A stretch of 23,528 nucleotides of DNA from the NCBI GenBank assembly GCA_010093815.1, contig ML996595.1; one strand, written 5' to 3'. The notes beneath the pieces were generated by a model. That model did not search any database, was not told the origin of the DNA, and was given only the letters and a program-made list of their open reading frames with translations. This DNA is from Pseudovirgaria hyperparasitica (taxonomy: Eukaryota). Position numbers and translations under genes: made by a program. Positions 23,445 through 23,528 of this stretch are shown piece by piece. Each line of letters opens with the position of its first letter. Within the stretch, counting starts at the first letter, position 1.

Positions 23445-23528
23445 AGGGTTGGGTTTTTCTTAAGTGCGGACATGCGTATAAGATTTAAGTAGTTATTAGT
23501 AAATTATAATCTAGTACTAGGGTAGGCC

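Larger units (their letters stand above)
1..23528. other. RIP (repeat-induced point mutation)-affected region
   Basis: TpA is in excess and CpA/TpG is scarce, while CpG is retained. The three LTR copies differ mostly by C>T/G>A (tagtgtagccag vs tagtatagctag; ctaaca vs ctaata). Conserved C, H, Q and W codons appear as TAT/TAC/TAA/TAG. Confidence 0.95.
478..23528 (+). mobile_element. Putative large multi-gene DNA element (YR-RecQ, SNF2, macrodomain and an unknown ORF); right end not in the window; interrupted by the Gypsy at 3483-10866
   Basis: Sharp junction with Gypsy sequence at 477/478, four co-oriented RIPed genes, a recombinase-like domain, a shared dispersed palindrome, and a hairpin near the left end. 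Confidence 0.6.

Noticed and set aside
478..23528. Canonical Starship, Helitron or Academ assignment
   Set aside because: I recognised no stand-alone DUF3435 captain at the 5' end, no HUH Rep/PIF1 helicase and no DDE transposase. An HMM search is still needed to exclude these formally.
23440..23528. Telomere-like G-rich words near the window end, and TTAGG at 482
   Set aside because: There is no tandem TTAGGG array, so a subtelomeric location cannot be shown from this window.

Overview
RIP-degenerated DNA typical of a filamentous ascomycete: CpA/TpG is depleted, TpA is enriched, and the reading frames are full of TAA/TAG stops. It has three nested layers. (1) The 3' tip of a Ty3/Gypsy element (LTR 199-426 plus about 50 bp of internal sequence) stops abruptly at 477. 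(2) From about 478 to the window end lies a block of four + strand pseudogenes: an unknown ORF, a Zn-finger / tyrosine-recombinase-like / RecQ helicase fusion (telomere-linked-helicase-like), a SNF2-family ATPase and a macrodomain protein. This block is studded with about 12 copies of a 19-bp palindrome (de-RIPed CTGGAATCG-N-CGATTCCAG) and looks like a large cargo-carrying mobile element. (3) A full-length chromovirus of the same family as layer 1 (3483-10866, - strand, TSD GTAGG) is inserted into the recombinase-helicase gene; it has a self-priming PBS and carries an extra spliced antisense gene. All protein calls come from manual translation through RIP stops and were not checked by database search.
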